DNA from: Candidatus Latescibacterota bacterium
GTDB lineage: Bacteria; Latescibacterota; UBA2968; GCA-2709665
Assembly (NCBI GenBank): GCA_963667175.2
Contig: CAXXXF010000016.1
Location: 384,001 to 448,000, forward strand
DNA length: 64,000 bases
Direction of reading: 5' to 3'
Part shown: in pieces, positions 1 through 9,732 of the stretch
Layout: the number at the start of each line of letters is the position of its first letter
Position numbering within the stretch: position 1 is the stretch's first letter
Notes under the pieces: generated by a model
The model's database searches: none
Told to the model about the DNA's origin: nothing
The model's input: only the letters and a program-made list of their open reading frames with translations
Made by a program: the position numbers and the translations under genes

Positions 1-950
<950 letters not shown>

Positions 951-1064
951 ACGCCGGACGCGCTCCAGCTGACGATCCACGTTTCCTCCAACCCGCGTTC
1001 GCGCATCAACCATCGCGTTGCGTCTCCGACACCCCCGATTTTCTAGCCGCTCGGGAAACCGGCG

Positions 1065-2873
1065 ATGGCTCGAATCCCTGAAGATACCGTCGAACAGGTC
1101 CGCGACTCGGTGGATATCGTCGACGTCATTTCCGAATCTGTCGCGCTCACCAGACGCGGCAAGAGCTATCTGGGCCTGTGTCCCTTTCACGACGACCGGA
1201 CGCCGTCCCTGAATGTTTCCCAGGAGAAGCAGATCTACAAGTGTTTCTCCTGCGGCGCGGGCGGAAACGCGTTCAGATTCCTGATGGACCTCGAACGCAT
1301 CAGTTTTGTGGAATCCGTGCGCAAGCTCGCGGACCGGGTCGGCATCGTCCTGCCGGAATTCGAGTCCCGGAGTCCGGCGGAAAAGGACCACAACGACGAG
1401 CTCTACCGGACGGTCGAATTCGCGAAGAAATACTTCCGCCATATGCTGATGCGCCATGCGTCCGGCCAAGGCGCGCGCGATTACCTCCTCGGCCGGGGCG
1501 TTACGGAATCGATGATGGACGCCTACGCTCTTGGCTACGCCGCGAAAGCCTGGGACGGTCTGCTCAGCGTGGCCGGCAGGCGAGGATTCAGCGCGCAGAT
1601 GCTTGAACGGGCGGGCCTGGTTGTGCCCCGAGAGAACGGAGGTCATTACGACCGTTTCCGCGACCGGGTCATCTTTCCCATCGAGTCACACACGGGCCGG
1701 ACCGTGGCTTTCGGCGCCCGCGCCCTCGATCCGGAACAACAGCCCAAATACCTGAACTCTCCCGAGACCGCCATCTACAACAAGAGCGCCACGCTCTACG
1801 GCCTCTGGAAGAACCGCGAACCCATCCGTTCAACCCGGTCGGCGGTGATCGTCGAAGGGTATATGGACCTCGTTGCCCTGGCGCAATTCGATTTCCACAA
1901 CGCCGTCGCCTCATCGGGGACCGCGCTTACGCCTGAACATGCCCGAATGCTCAAACGGTACGCCGACGTGGCCGTGCTTGTCTTCGACGGCGATGCCGCG
2001 GGTACCGCCGCCACCGTGCGCGGCATCGGCGCGATGATGGCGTCCGAACTGGAAATCCGTGTGGTCACGTTGGAAGGCGGCCACGACCCGGACAGCCTCA
2101 TCCGGCAGCGGGGCTCGGACGGCTTTAGCGAACTGATCGAAAACGCCGCACCCGTCATGGAATTTCTATTCAGCTGGGTACGGTCGCACGAAGACCTGTC
2201 CACGTCCGACGGCAAGACCCGCGCCGTCAAGACCCTATCGGAAATCGTCTCGCACGCGAAAGACAGCGCGCGCAGGCGTTTTCTCACGCAGGAAACCGCG
2301 CAGAAGCTGGGCATTGACGAGACCATCGTGATCGACGCGGTGCAGCGGGCCGCGCGATACCGGCGGAGCGGACGGTCGAAGACCGAATCGGAGTCAGGCG
2401 CGGCATCGTTCGAGCCGGGCCCGCGCATGGAACGGGAACTGATCACGATGATGATGGCGGACGACAACACGGCCGATACCGTATTGAAGCAGGTTGACGC
2501 CGATCACTTTACCAACAGTGTATACAGGCGGATTTCGGGCATGATTGCCGCGGCCCGCAAGGAGGGCCGGACCGCGGCGGCCGCATCGCTGCTGAATCGT
2601 TGCGAGGACGCCGGTCTGGCCGGTGTCGTCTCCGCGCTGTCCATGGAGACGGGCATCCTCAACCCCGACGCAAAGATTCCGCTGCATGACTATCTCAGCA
2701 GAATGCGGCTCAAGGCGCTGGACGCCCGCATCGATGCCCTGGAGGCGAAACTACGCACGGACGGCGGCGGAACGGATCCGATGGCGCTGATGACGGAACA
2801 CAAGAATCTGACCCGGAAGCGCAAGGCGCTGTTCGCCGGCCGGCACGGTTCGCCCGAAACGGCGACGCCTTGA
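1065..2873 (+). CDS. dnaG: DNA primase
   Basis: CPFH...CFSC zinc finger, YDRFRDR, KYLNSPET, TOPRIM EGYMD and DGDAAG. Confidence 0.98.
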   Translation: MARIPEDTVEQVRDSVDIVDVISESVALTRRGKSYLGLCPFHDDRTPSLNVSQEKQIYKCFSCGAGGNAFRFLMDLERISFVESVRKLADRVGIVLPEFESRSPAEKDHNDELYRTVEFAKKYFRHMLMRHASGQGARDYLLGRGVTESMMDAYALGYAAKAWDGLLSVAGRRGFSAQMLERAGLVVPRENGGHYDRFRDRVIFPIESHTGRTVAFGARALDPEQQPKYLNSPETAIYNKSATLYGLWKNREPIRSTRSAVIVEGYMDLVALAQFDFHNAVASSGTALTPEHARMLKRYADVAVLVFDGDAAGTAATVRGIGAMMASELEIRVVTLEGGHDPDSLIRQRGSDGFSELIENAAPVMEFLFSWVRSHEDLSTSDGKTRAVKTLSEIVSHAKDSARRRFLTQETAQKLGIDETIVIDAVQRAARYRRSGRSKTESESGAASFEPGPRMERELITMMMADDNTADTVLKQVDADHFTNSVYRRISGMIAAARKEGRTAAAASLLNRCEDAGLAGVVSALSMETGILNPDAKIPLHDYLSRMRLKALDARIDALEAKLRTDGGGTDPMALMTEHKNLTRKRKALFAGRHGSPETATP

Positions 2874-2884
2874 TCATAAAAAGC

Positions 2885-2912
2885 TTGTCCTTTCCGCCGT
2901 AACGCGTACATT
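2885..2912 (+). promoter_or_regulatory. putative sigma70 promoter of the tRNA
   Basis: TTGTCC-16 nt-TACATT ending 10 nt before the tRNA 5' end. Confidence 0.4.
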
Positions 2913-2922
2913 TTACCATTGC

Positions 2923-2999
2923 GGGCCCTTAGCTCAGCTGGTTAGAGCGGCGGACTCATAATCCGTTGGTCGCAGGTTCGAGTCCTGCAGGGCCCACCA
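2923..2999 (+). tRNA. tRNA-Ile2 (CAU anticodon, lysidine type)
   Basis: GGGCCCTTAGCTCAG...CTCATAA...GGTTCGAGTCC...GGGCCCACCA cloverleaf with encoded CCA; resembles ileX-type rather than Met tRNAs. Confidence 0.9.
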
Positions 3000-3006
3000 G
3001 AACAGC

Positions 3007-3042
3007 AACAGGGAGCCGCTAACTACATCGGCTCCCTGTTTG
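3007..3042. terminator. bidirectional intrinsic terminator-like hairpin
   Basis: 12-bp stem AACAGGGAGCCG/CGGCTCCCTGTT between the tRNA and a convergent nuclease gene. Confidence 0.7.
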
Positions 3043-3085
3043 ATTATTGGCTCGAAGATTCCTGACTCGACGGCATTTTCCCCGG

Positions 3086-3742
3086 TCAAAAGTCATCAAC
3101 GGCTGCAGAAGATGAGTCTTTGTCCACGCGATCCGGACATTCGCTCTCGGGAATCTTACAAAACGTACATTCCCCGTAACTCGGCACTCTTCTGGACGGT
3201 TCATTCGATGCCAGTTTGCGTATCAACTCCGCAAATCGCTCGACGAATTTACCGTCAATGGCCGATGAAGGGACCGGGACCTCCCTCTCTCCGTAAACAA
3301 CCCGTCCTTCGAAAACAACGTCTTTGTATTTCTCGGGAAAGGCTTTGGGAACGGCATACATGTAAAGCATGACCTGAACGTGATCAGATGACCTTGGTTG
3401 ACCCGTCTTGATATCTACGATGATGCCGCGATTTTCCTTCCTTGCGATCAAATCGGGCTTTCCCCCAACCGTCGCCGTCCTTCCCTTGAGGTGGAAGTAA
3501 TTCTGAGTCTCGGTCGACACCTCAAAGCCTCTATCTTCCAGTATTTCCTGATATTTATTTCTCGCTGCCGTATGTTCGATCTGCCAGGTGGTCGAATCGA
3601 AATCACCCGGCAAAGCCGTCCAGCTCTTCCTGTCGTGTTGGGCTTGAAACCAGCCGGCCCACTCACATGACGCTTCTCCGGTCAGCAACTTCGTCAACCA
3701 CGTCACCCAGAAATACGGTAGACCAGGTCTTCTCTCTGCCAT
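3086..3742 (-). CDS. PD-(D/E)XK nuclease, Cas4/AddB-like, with probable Fe-S cysteines
   Basis: GKPDLI...IVDIKTG...QVMLY motifs; N-terminal Cys plus C-terminal CTFC...C; start chosen at MAERRPG. Confidence 0.8.
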   Translation of the reverse strand: MAERRPGLPYFWVTWLTKLLTGEASCEWAGWFQAQHDRKSWTALPGDFDSTTWQIEHTAARNKYQEILEDRGFEVSTETQNYFHLKGRTATVGGKPDLIARKENRGIIVDIKTGQPRSSDHVQVMLYMYAVPKAFPEKYKDVVFEGRVVYGEREVPVPSSAIDGKFVERFAELIRKLASNEPSRRVPSYGECTFCKIPESECPDRVDKDSSSAAVDDF

Positions 3743-3887
3743 CTTCCTCTCACTTTCGAGGCCAGTTATCAAACTGCACATTGCATCCGGATTATTGAGA
3801 CAATTCCCTCTTCCACCGTGTCTACGCACCGAGGTCATCCAGGAATTCGGAACCCGGCAGGCGCCAGACAGTGTGGAACTATGAGAT

Positions 3888-5591
3888 TCAATCAAGGGCT
3901 GACTCTCGCCAGATGCCTGTAGCCTGTTTCGCCATCCAAGCCTGGCGCGTCCGGGTCTTTTCCACTGACCATGAGTCGTAGTCTTCCGCCAACTTGCGGG
4001 TGATGGCGAAGTTACTCAGCTGGTAGACTGGACGTTTTTCTGCGAATCCCGCGTTTCCCAAGTTGCGGTTGTCCGTGGTCGCCAACAACGTCATGTTTCC
4101 GAGACGGTAGGTGGACGCCTCTTGCTGCTGGTCGTCAAACTCCTCCCAGCCCTCGCCGGGATTCTCCGGTAACACATGCTCGATGCTGTATCTCGCGCTC
4201 TCGTATTCGAAACTCTGTCCTGATAACTGAGCTTCCAGTCGAAACAGCATAAAGCGCACGACCTTATTGTTGCGACTACTGGTTGTTCTTAACACCTTGT
4301 CCGCAAACGCCGCCCTGAATTCGGGATCATCGGGATAGACGGGCCGAAGCTCGGAAATTGCCGCGGCGATGGTGTGTATACGGCCTACCGAAATTCCCCG
4401 GGCGATCTGGTTGTAAACAACCTCTTGCTCATTGCTCTGGCGACTGCAAATCACGTTGTATCGAAATGATAAAACCGCCACTGCGCGCAAAAAACGCCCG
4501 AAGCCGACTCGGTCTTCTTCGCCGAATTGCTCAAATGCTGCCAAGAGTAATGCCAGGGGCTGACGCACGTTAAACATCTGCAGCTGACCGAGACTGGCAC
4601 GTTCTTCTGCTGTCCAGGCGTCGTCCTCAGGGCTCCGAAGGGCTGCATACACCCGGGCGCTCCTGTCCAGGTCGCGGACCAGTTCGAACGCTTTGGACCG
4701 ATCGCAAATCGCGTTCCGAATAACTTTAAACAAGTCTGCCTTGCGCACCAGCTGGTTTCGGCTGTTCCAGAACACACGCAAAAACTCGGGAAGACTCTCA
4801 CTGCCCAGCAAACCTACGATACCCTCCCAACGTTCTTCCAGATTGGCAATCTCGGATTTATGCGGATTTCCGCGTGAGACAACCGAAAACAGGTAATTCT
4901 TGAGCAAATCAGTAGCGGACAAGCGCACGCCTCGAGCATTTAGTGTCTCGAACACCTTAAAGGCATTCAATTCGTCAGTCACGGTTATGATTGTAAAGAA
5001 CAGCTTATCCACCGCGACGTCAACGAAGCGAGCAACTGACTCACCGTCATTGCCGCATCTTCCCTTGATGCGCTCCTTGAACCAGATGAACGCGCGACGC
5101 ATAAGATGTTCCGAGGCATTCAGGCCCCTTTGCGGCAGGCGCTCCAGCGGCACCAGGTAATTCTGGTAAAATCGATCGTTATGCCGATTCAGCGTGAGCT
5201 TGGAGCGCGATATCAGACTGACAGGATCCAGGTAGCCGATGTAGTTGCTGCGCAATTGCTCAGCGCGTCGCCGTTGTGGATGGTCCGAATCGCCCGACGG
5301 CGCCAGGTCCACCAGATGCGCTACCGCCGCGAGCATCAACAAGCTCAGCGTAGTCATGCGCTGTTGTCCGTCGATAATGTCAAATGACCGGTTGTCCCCC
5401 GACTGCAGAACCAAATAGCCCATGTAATGAGCAGGCTCCGGATCGTCACCGAATAATGCAACAATGTCCTGCCACAGGTCGTCCCATTCGTCAAGACCCC
5501 ATGAGTAATCACGCTGAAATTTTGGGACACGATAACTCAGCCCATTTGCCATTAGCTGACGGAAAGTGTTGTTGGTCGTGTTAAAATTCAT
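3888..5591 (-). CDS. DUF262-DUF1524 (GmrSD-like type IV restriction) protein
   Basis: VPKFQRDYSW, IIDGQQR, FETLNARG (DUF262); SIEHVLPE...LGNMTLL...N (HNH-like DUF1524). Confidence 0.9.
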   Translation of the reverse strand: MNFNTTNNTFRQLMANGLSYRVPKFQRDYSWGLDEWDDLWQDIVALFGDDPEPAHYMGYLVLQSGDNRSFDIIDGQQRMTTLSLLMLAAVAHLVDLAPSGDSDHPQRRRAEQLRSNYIGYLDPVSLISRSKLTLNRHNDRFYQNYLVPLERLPQRGLNASEHLMRRAFIWFKERIKGRCGNDGESVARFVDVAVDKLFFTIITVTDELNAFKVFETLNARGVRLSATDLLKNYLFSVVSRGNPHKSEIANLEERWEGIVGLLGSESLPEFLRVFWNSRNQLVRKADLFKVIRNAICDRSKAFELVRDLDRSARVYAALRSPEDDAWTAEERASLGQLQMFNVRQPLALLLAAFEQFGEEDRVGFGRFLRAVAVLSFRYNVICSRQSNEQEVVYNQIARGISVGRIHTIAAAISELRPVYPDDPEFRAAFADKVLRTTSSRNNKVVRFMLFRLEAQLSGQSFEYESARYSIEHVLPENPGEGWEEFDDQQQEASTYRLGNMTLLATTDNRNLGNAGFAEKRPVYQLSNFAITRKLAEDYDSWSVEKTRTRQAWMAKQATGIWRESALD

Positions 5592-5727
5592 TATCGAATC
5601 ACCTCCGGGACGGGTATCGTCTGATCCCCAGGCTAACCCTTCGAAATGTCACTTCACGTTCCACTCTCATCATTACAAAATACACCATACTCGAAGCGGA
5701 TGCGGCTTTGTATGTTGACGTATACAA

Positions 5728-6012
5728 TCACACCCGAGACATTGTCAAATGTTGTGGATAGCGTGGAATCGCGGAACGCCGTCCCCCTCGGTCGCTGCGC
5801 CACCTTGAGTGCCGTCTACCTTCACGGATCATTTCGCACCCGTGCCGCCGAAGGTTTTTCAGCAGTTCAACCCGCTTCAAGTTATCACGACCTTCTCCTC
5901 GATGATAGTCCTCGCCCGCCGCCTCCAAAGCTTCACGCCGGTTATATTCCAATGCTTCGGAGAGGGTTTCCGTGAGGCTGACAGTGAATGCGTCGGCCAT
6001 TCGGAAGTTCAT
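5728..6012 (-). pseudogene. chimeric relic: uvrD-like 5' end + hicB 3' half + degenerate hicA
   Basis: MNFRMADAFTVSL matches the start of 13576-15645; 5880-5975 is nearly identical to the 3' half of hicB at 30103-30204; KRVELLKNLRRHGC...REGRRHS is HicA-like; frameshifted. Confidence 0.8.
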
Positions 6013-6049
6013 CTATGTGCTCACCGAAGGTCTATATCCCTGTACAGTT

Positions 6050-6712
6050 TCAGGTTGCAAGCAGGTTTCTGGAGGATTGACGTTCGAAAGACCCCCACGA
6101 ACAATAACAGCGCAAAGATACCTTGCGGAATTTTGGTGCAACCTTGGAGACGATGAGTTTCTCACGGGCCTGCCACATAGTATCGTGCAGGTTCTTGCTG
6201 TCATATCCGCCAAAAGTTGGAATCATCTTTAAATCCAGAAATCCTCGCGAAATTTGACTGCGTCCTCTCAGCTTGTTTTCTATCCAATAACCCTCCTCGG
6301 TAGGATGCCTAGGTAATATATGTCCGTTTCTAAAGTCCGAGTTCCAGCGAAAAAAGTCACTGGATATGCACTGAAACAGGCCTTCTGATACAGCAAAGAG
6401 ATCCAGGTCAGAACTTCGACCAAATGGAGCACCGAGTTTATACGGCGCCAATGACGATCCTAGGCGTGCGCTACCGACCAAGCTAATGTCTTTGGCGACA
6501 ACGCCAAGTTTCCAACCGAGCCACGTCCGCATCGACTCATATATTGCCGGACATTCTTGAAACGCATAGGGGATACCCTCGGAGAGCCATTGACGTGCTA
6601 TAGCGACTCGGTCGCGAAACTCACTCTGGCGCGAAACCGATTTCAATCGTTCCGCGGGCGGATAGCGATCAGATATTCCTGCCAATGATGAAGAGACCTC
6701 AAACGGCTTCAT
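6050..6712 (-). CDS. Pol-beta-superfamily nucleotidyltransferase-like protein
   Basis: LVGSARLG...SDLDLFAVS (hG[GS]x9-13DxD-like, with longer spacer); start overlaps stop of upstream gene. Confidence 0.7.
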   Translation of the reverse strand: MKPFEVSSSLAGISDRYPPAERLKSVSRQSEFRDRVAIARQWLSEGIPYAFQECPAIYESMRTWLGWKLGVVAKDISLVGSARLGSSLAPYKLGAPFGRSSDLDLFAVSEGLFQCISSDFFRWNSDFRNGHILPRHPTEEGYWIENKLRGRSQISRGFLDLKMIPTFGGYDSKNLHDTMWQAREKLIVSKVAPKFRKVSLRCYCSWGSFERQSSRNLLAT

Positions 6713-7304
6713 TGCACACTTCGGGAGTCAAGTAGCGCTTTCCCTCTGATCGATAATATCGCGCCAAAAGGTAGGCACTTCTTTGTTCTATTATGGTTAG
6801 CCGTTCGGCAGAGGCTTGCCTCGGCTCCGGATATTTTAGACGTGCGACTAAGTGTGCTGCACTGTACAAATCTGTCGATGAGGGGTTGATTTCCAGCAGG
6901 TTGCACGCCTGACGGAGGTTGTTCATTCTCCATCCGTAGTAAGCCACCCACAGATATAGGCCCGGAAGATCTTCTCGTGGGACGTAACGAGTTACCCGGA
7001 AAGCGAGTGCTATCTCGCGAGTTTTTCTCATGATGGTCGCGTCGTATCTCTTTGTAAGGACCCTGACAAGCTGCATTGCAATGGTGGAGCCCCCTTCCCG
7101 ACGCCCGCAGACGAAGGTCCGCCAAGCCGCGCGACCAAGCGCGATCGGATCGAACCCCGGATGGAAACGAAATCGGTGGTCTTCTCCCAGAATAAGCAAT
7201 GTGCACATCTGTCGGTTTGGCTGACCGACAGGATGGCTGTAGTATTCGCTCCGAACGAGGTCGATTTCCTTCTTCAGTTTCTTCCAATCACCATTGAAAT
7301 TCAT
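6699..7304 (-). CDS. soluble GT51 (peptidoglycan transglycosylase-domain) protein
   Basis: EDHRFRFHPG, GGSTIAMQL, RKTRE, YYG motifs; no TM anchor; likely start MNFNGDW just after the mod relic stop. Confidence 0.8.
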   Translation of the reverse strand: MNFNGDWKKLKKEIDLVRSEYYSHPVGQPNRQMCTLLILGEDHRFRFHPGFDPIALGRAAWRTFVCGRREGGSTIAMQLVRVLTKRYDATIMRKTREIALAFRVTRYVPREDLPGLYLWVAYYGWRMNNLRQACNLLEINPSSTDLYSAAHLVARLKYPEPRQASAERLTIIEQRSAYLLARYYRSEGKRYLTPEVCNEAV

Positions 7305-7309
7305 TCCAA

Positions 7310-7519
7310 TCACATCCTGGACACCTTCATTACCTCGTCCCCAAGGTAAATCTACAGCCTTTACGGCAATCCGTCCTGATGACGGTTTGGGGAATTGTCG
7401 TGAGGTGTCGCTGTGACACGTATCCAACGTTTACCTGTTGATCTCGGCTTCGAGGGCGGTCTTGAGAGATTTATACGGTTCGATTGCGCCGAAGAAGTAT
7501 GCCTGGAGAACGAAGAAGC
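7310..7519 (-). pseudogene. degenerate copy of mod 3' end (relic 1)
   Basis: aligns by eye with 25581-25790; encodes HSDTSRQFPKPSSGRIAVK...GDEVMKVSRM* with a frameshift. Confidence 0.9.
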
Positions 7520-7549
7520 AGGTTGGGTGACTATTGGATGCAACCCGTT

Positions 7550-8737
7550 CTATGCTTCGGTCGAGCGCATATCAAACGTCAACCTGACGTACCCACCCTT
7601 GTCGTCCTGAAAGAGATCAGGCTCGGTTCCATTAATGTCGAACATTGATTCTCGCATCACGGGCCACCCCCTACCCCGTTTCTCCATCAATCCTTTGACG
7701 ACCATGTTGTTCGCCATAGATTCGTTCCGGGATCGGGGATGGGCGCCAGCGCGAACACGCTCAACCGTCATGTGGTTTGGAAGCGTACCGGTACTCGTAA
7801 CGTCGACATGATCATCGTAAACCTCTAACAGGACATTCGAGCCGGTGATGGCATAGTCCCTGTGCACGACCGCGTTGACCAGCGCCTCCCTCAGTGCCGC
7901 TTCCGGTAAAGGGCCTCGGTCTTCTCGAAACAGATTTCTATAGGTCTCAAATCGCCCAAGCCCTTGGAACCATCCGACGGCACGTTGAACCTGCTCGTCC
8001 AAACGACCTTTGACATCAGCCACTTGTAACGTATTAGAAGCCCGGTCGTCACCTTCGTATGCGACGCATTGTATCCGAAAGCCGTGCGTTTGTGGGTAGC
8101 GCTGCGGTTCCTTGCCGAATGCCAGCACACCGTAGAGAGTGGGGTGCAAACCGTCTCCCAATTGTGCCACCACCCCGCGATTGCGGAGATCGTCAAAATT
8201 GTCAGGCTGAGGTTCTCCGAGAATATCGAGCCCGATCGCTTGCAAATACTCGCGAAAGCACTGGATATCGATATCCTCTGGTGTCGCAGCCTGAATCGGG
8301 CGTTCCTCGGTCATAATGTAACCGAAAGCGTTGTAGAGTTCCTGTAATTCGCTGGGTGATGGCTCGACGTTGCTGCGTTCCCGTCGGACCCAAACCCGGC
8401 CATCGTAGCACATCGGTTCGAAACTTCGCTGCCGAGGAATCTCAATCCAGTGTACCCAACCTTTCGGATGCTCATGCCACCCGCGACGTGCGGTTACCGG
8501 CGAGCTGCAACCCATTTTCAGGAAAGATGTCAACCTCTCCTGAACTCTTTCCACATCCTCTTTGACCCCCACAACTCCATGAGAAGGGTCGACGCCCAGC
8601 ATAATAACGCCGCCATCGGTGTTTGCAAATGCGCATATCGCTTTGCCGATCGCAGAAAGGTCGCCAGGGCCGCGTTTGAACTCGCTGTGCCGGTCCTCGC
8701 CAAGTTCGACCCGCTCAAGGGTGTTTAGCCAAACCAT
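7550..8737 (-). CDS. AlbA_2/Schlafen-like + HATPase_c_4 (RecG C-terminal-like) protein, copy 2
   Basis: EFKR...AFANTDGG (AlbA_2); ALREALVNAVVHRDY, SRN, GRG; paralogue of 21553-22731. Confidence 0.88.
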   Translation of the reverse strand: MVWLNTLERVELGEDRHSEFKRGPGDLSAIGKAICAFANTDGGVIMLGVDPSHGVVGVKEDVERVQERLTSFLKMGCSSPVTARRGWHEHPKGWVHWIEIPRQRSFEPMCYDGRVWVRRERSNVEPSPSELQELYNAFGYIMTEERPIQAATPEDIDIQCFREYLQAIGLDILGEPQPDNFDDLRNRGVVAQLGDGLHPTLYGVLAFGKEPQRYPQTHGFRIQCVAYEGDDRASNTLQVADVKGRLDEQVQRAVGWFQGLGRFETYRNLFREDRGPLPEAALREALVNAVVHRDYAITGSNVLLEVYDDHVDVTSTGTLPNHMTVERVRAGAHPRSRNESMANNMVVKGLMEKRGRGWPVMRESMFDINGTEPDLFQDDKGGYVRLTFDMRSTEA

Positions 8738-8825
8738 CAAACTTCCAATTCCTGATAACTCTTCAATGTGCTCATATTTCGCCACCATCCTGCCTCTACT
8801 GGTCACCAGCTACTGACGACTGTAA

Positions 8826-9024
8826 CATCCGGCTCCCCGAAGATGCCAAAGAGTTTTCCCGTGCCGTGTTTTTATTGGCTTCGGCCATATGGAGGTCTAC
8901 GTTCATACGAGTCTTTAGAACCGTGACGCGACCGAAATCTCTGTAATCCAAAGCGTGGGCATCCCAACTAGAGCGCGGGAGATCAACAGGTCGATTTCAG
9001 CGCATGTTTGTTCCTGACCTTGGC
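8826..9024 (-). pseudogene. degenerate internal fragment of mod (relic 4)
   Basis: TCCGGCTCCCCGAAGATG...TCGGCCATATGGAGGTC...GATCAACAGGTCGATTTCAGC aligns with mod ~25935-26135. Confidence 0.75.
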
Positions 9025-9732
9025 CTATTGATTAACTTGGGATGGGATGCCTTCCAGTAGTCTTAGCCAGTGTTGAAAATGCGGGCAAGTGGAACAAATC
9101 GTGTTGATGCCGATCTCACTCGCCACAAACGTACCCATCAATGGCTTCTGATACCCAGGTACGAGCGCTTCGATACGCTTGGAAGGTGCTGTGTCTGGCG
9201 AGTCATCAATCTCTTCCGGACCGGCAAATTGGTGTCTGATTTCCTCAAATGCCGTTGTCAGTTCAGGAAACCCTATTCCACGAGCGAACGTGTCACAATC
9301 ACTGAAGAGCATTGCTTCGAACTCGTGCATTGCAACGTAAGGGATAAAACGCCTCCGATCGAAATTTGGGCCCATTCCGATGGCGATGTCATCCAGCAGG
9401 GCATCTTCGACTGTCTTTGCTTTTTCCGACGAAGACTCCTGACCCGTAGCTTGCAGGCGACCCGGCCACGCTTTCGAACGGGTATTGGGCATTGCGTAGT
9501 AGTCCACCATTGTAGTCGCAAAGCTTCCCGGATCTTCTTTCAAGTGTCTTGAAATGTCTCTACGCACACTGTTCCACGGCCTGATTCCACCGCGCCTGTG
9601 CCGTTGGCGGGCGTTTCCAACCAGACGTGCGCTGACTCCGACAAACCCGAAATCGTACAAATGGGGCGCCAGGAGTTCATTGACGAATTGCTCTTCTGAC
9701 TGGCCTTCAACATGGACTAGCAACCGTGTCAT
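9025..9732 (-). CDS. DUF4276-family (TOPRIM-like) protein
   Basis: LLVHVEGQSEE, TTMVDYY, HEFEAMLFSD, PEEIDD...PSKR, CPHF; ATGA overlap with upstream ATPase. Confidence 0.85.
   Translation of the reverse strand: MTRLLVHVEGQSEEQFVNELLAPHLYDFGFVGVSARLVGNARQRHRRGGIRPWNSVRRDISRHLKEDPGSFATTMVDYYAMPNTRSKAWPGRLQATGQESSSEKAKTVEDALLDDIAIGMGPNFDRRRFIPYVAMHEFEAMLFSDCDTFARGIGFPELTTAFEEIRHQFAGPEEIDDSPDTAPSKRIEALVPGYQKPLMGTFVASEIGINTICSTCPHFQHWLRLLEGIPSQVNQ

Noticed and set aside
2923-2999. tRNA-Met call from the CAU anticodon
   Set aside because: The acceptor stem and overall sequence fit Ile2 (ileX-like), and initiator features (C1 mismatch, three G-C anticodon-stem pairs) are absent. Elongator Met is not fully excluded without tRNAscan-SE.
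7305-7427. N-terminal extension of the GT51 ORF (MDTCHSDTSRQF...)
   Set aside because: It is read-through of the mod relic; the likely start is the ATG at 7304.
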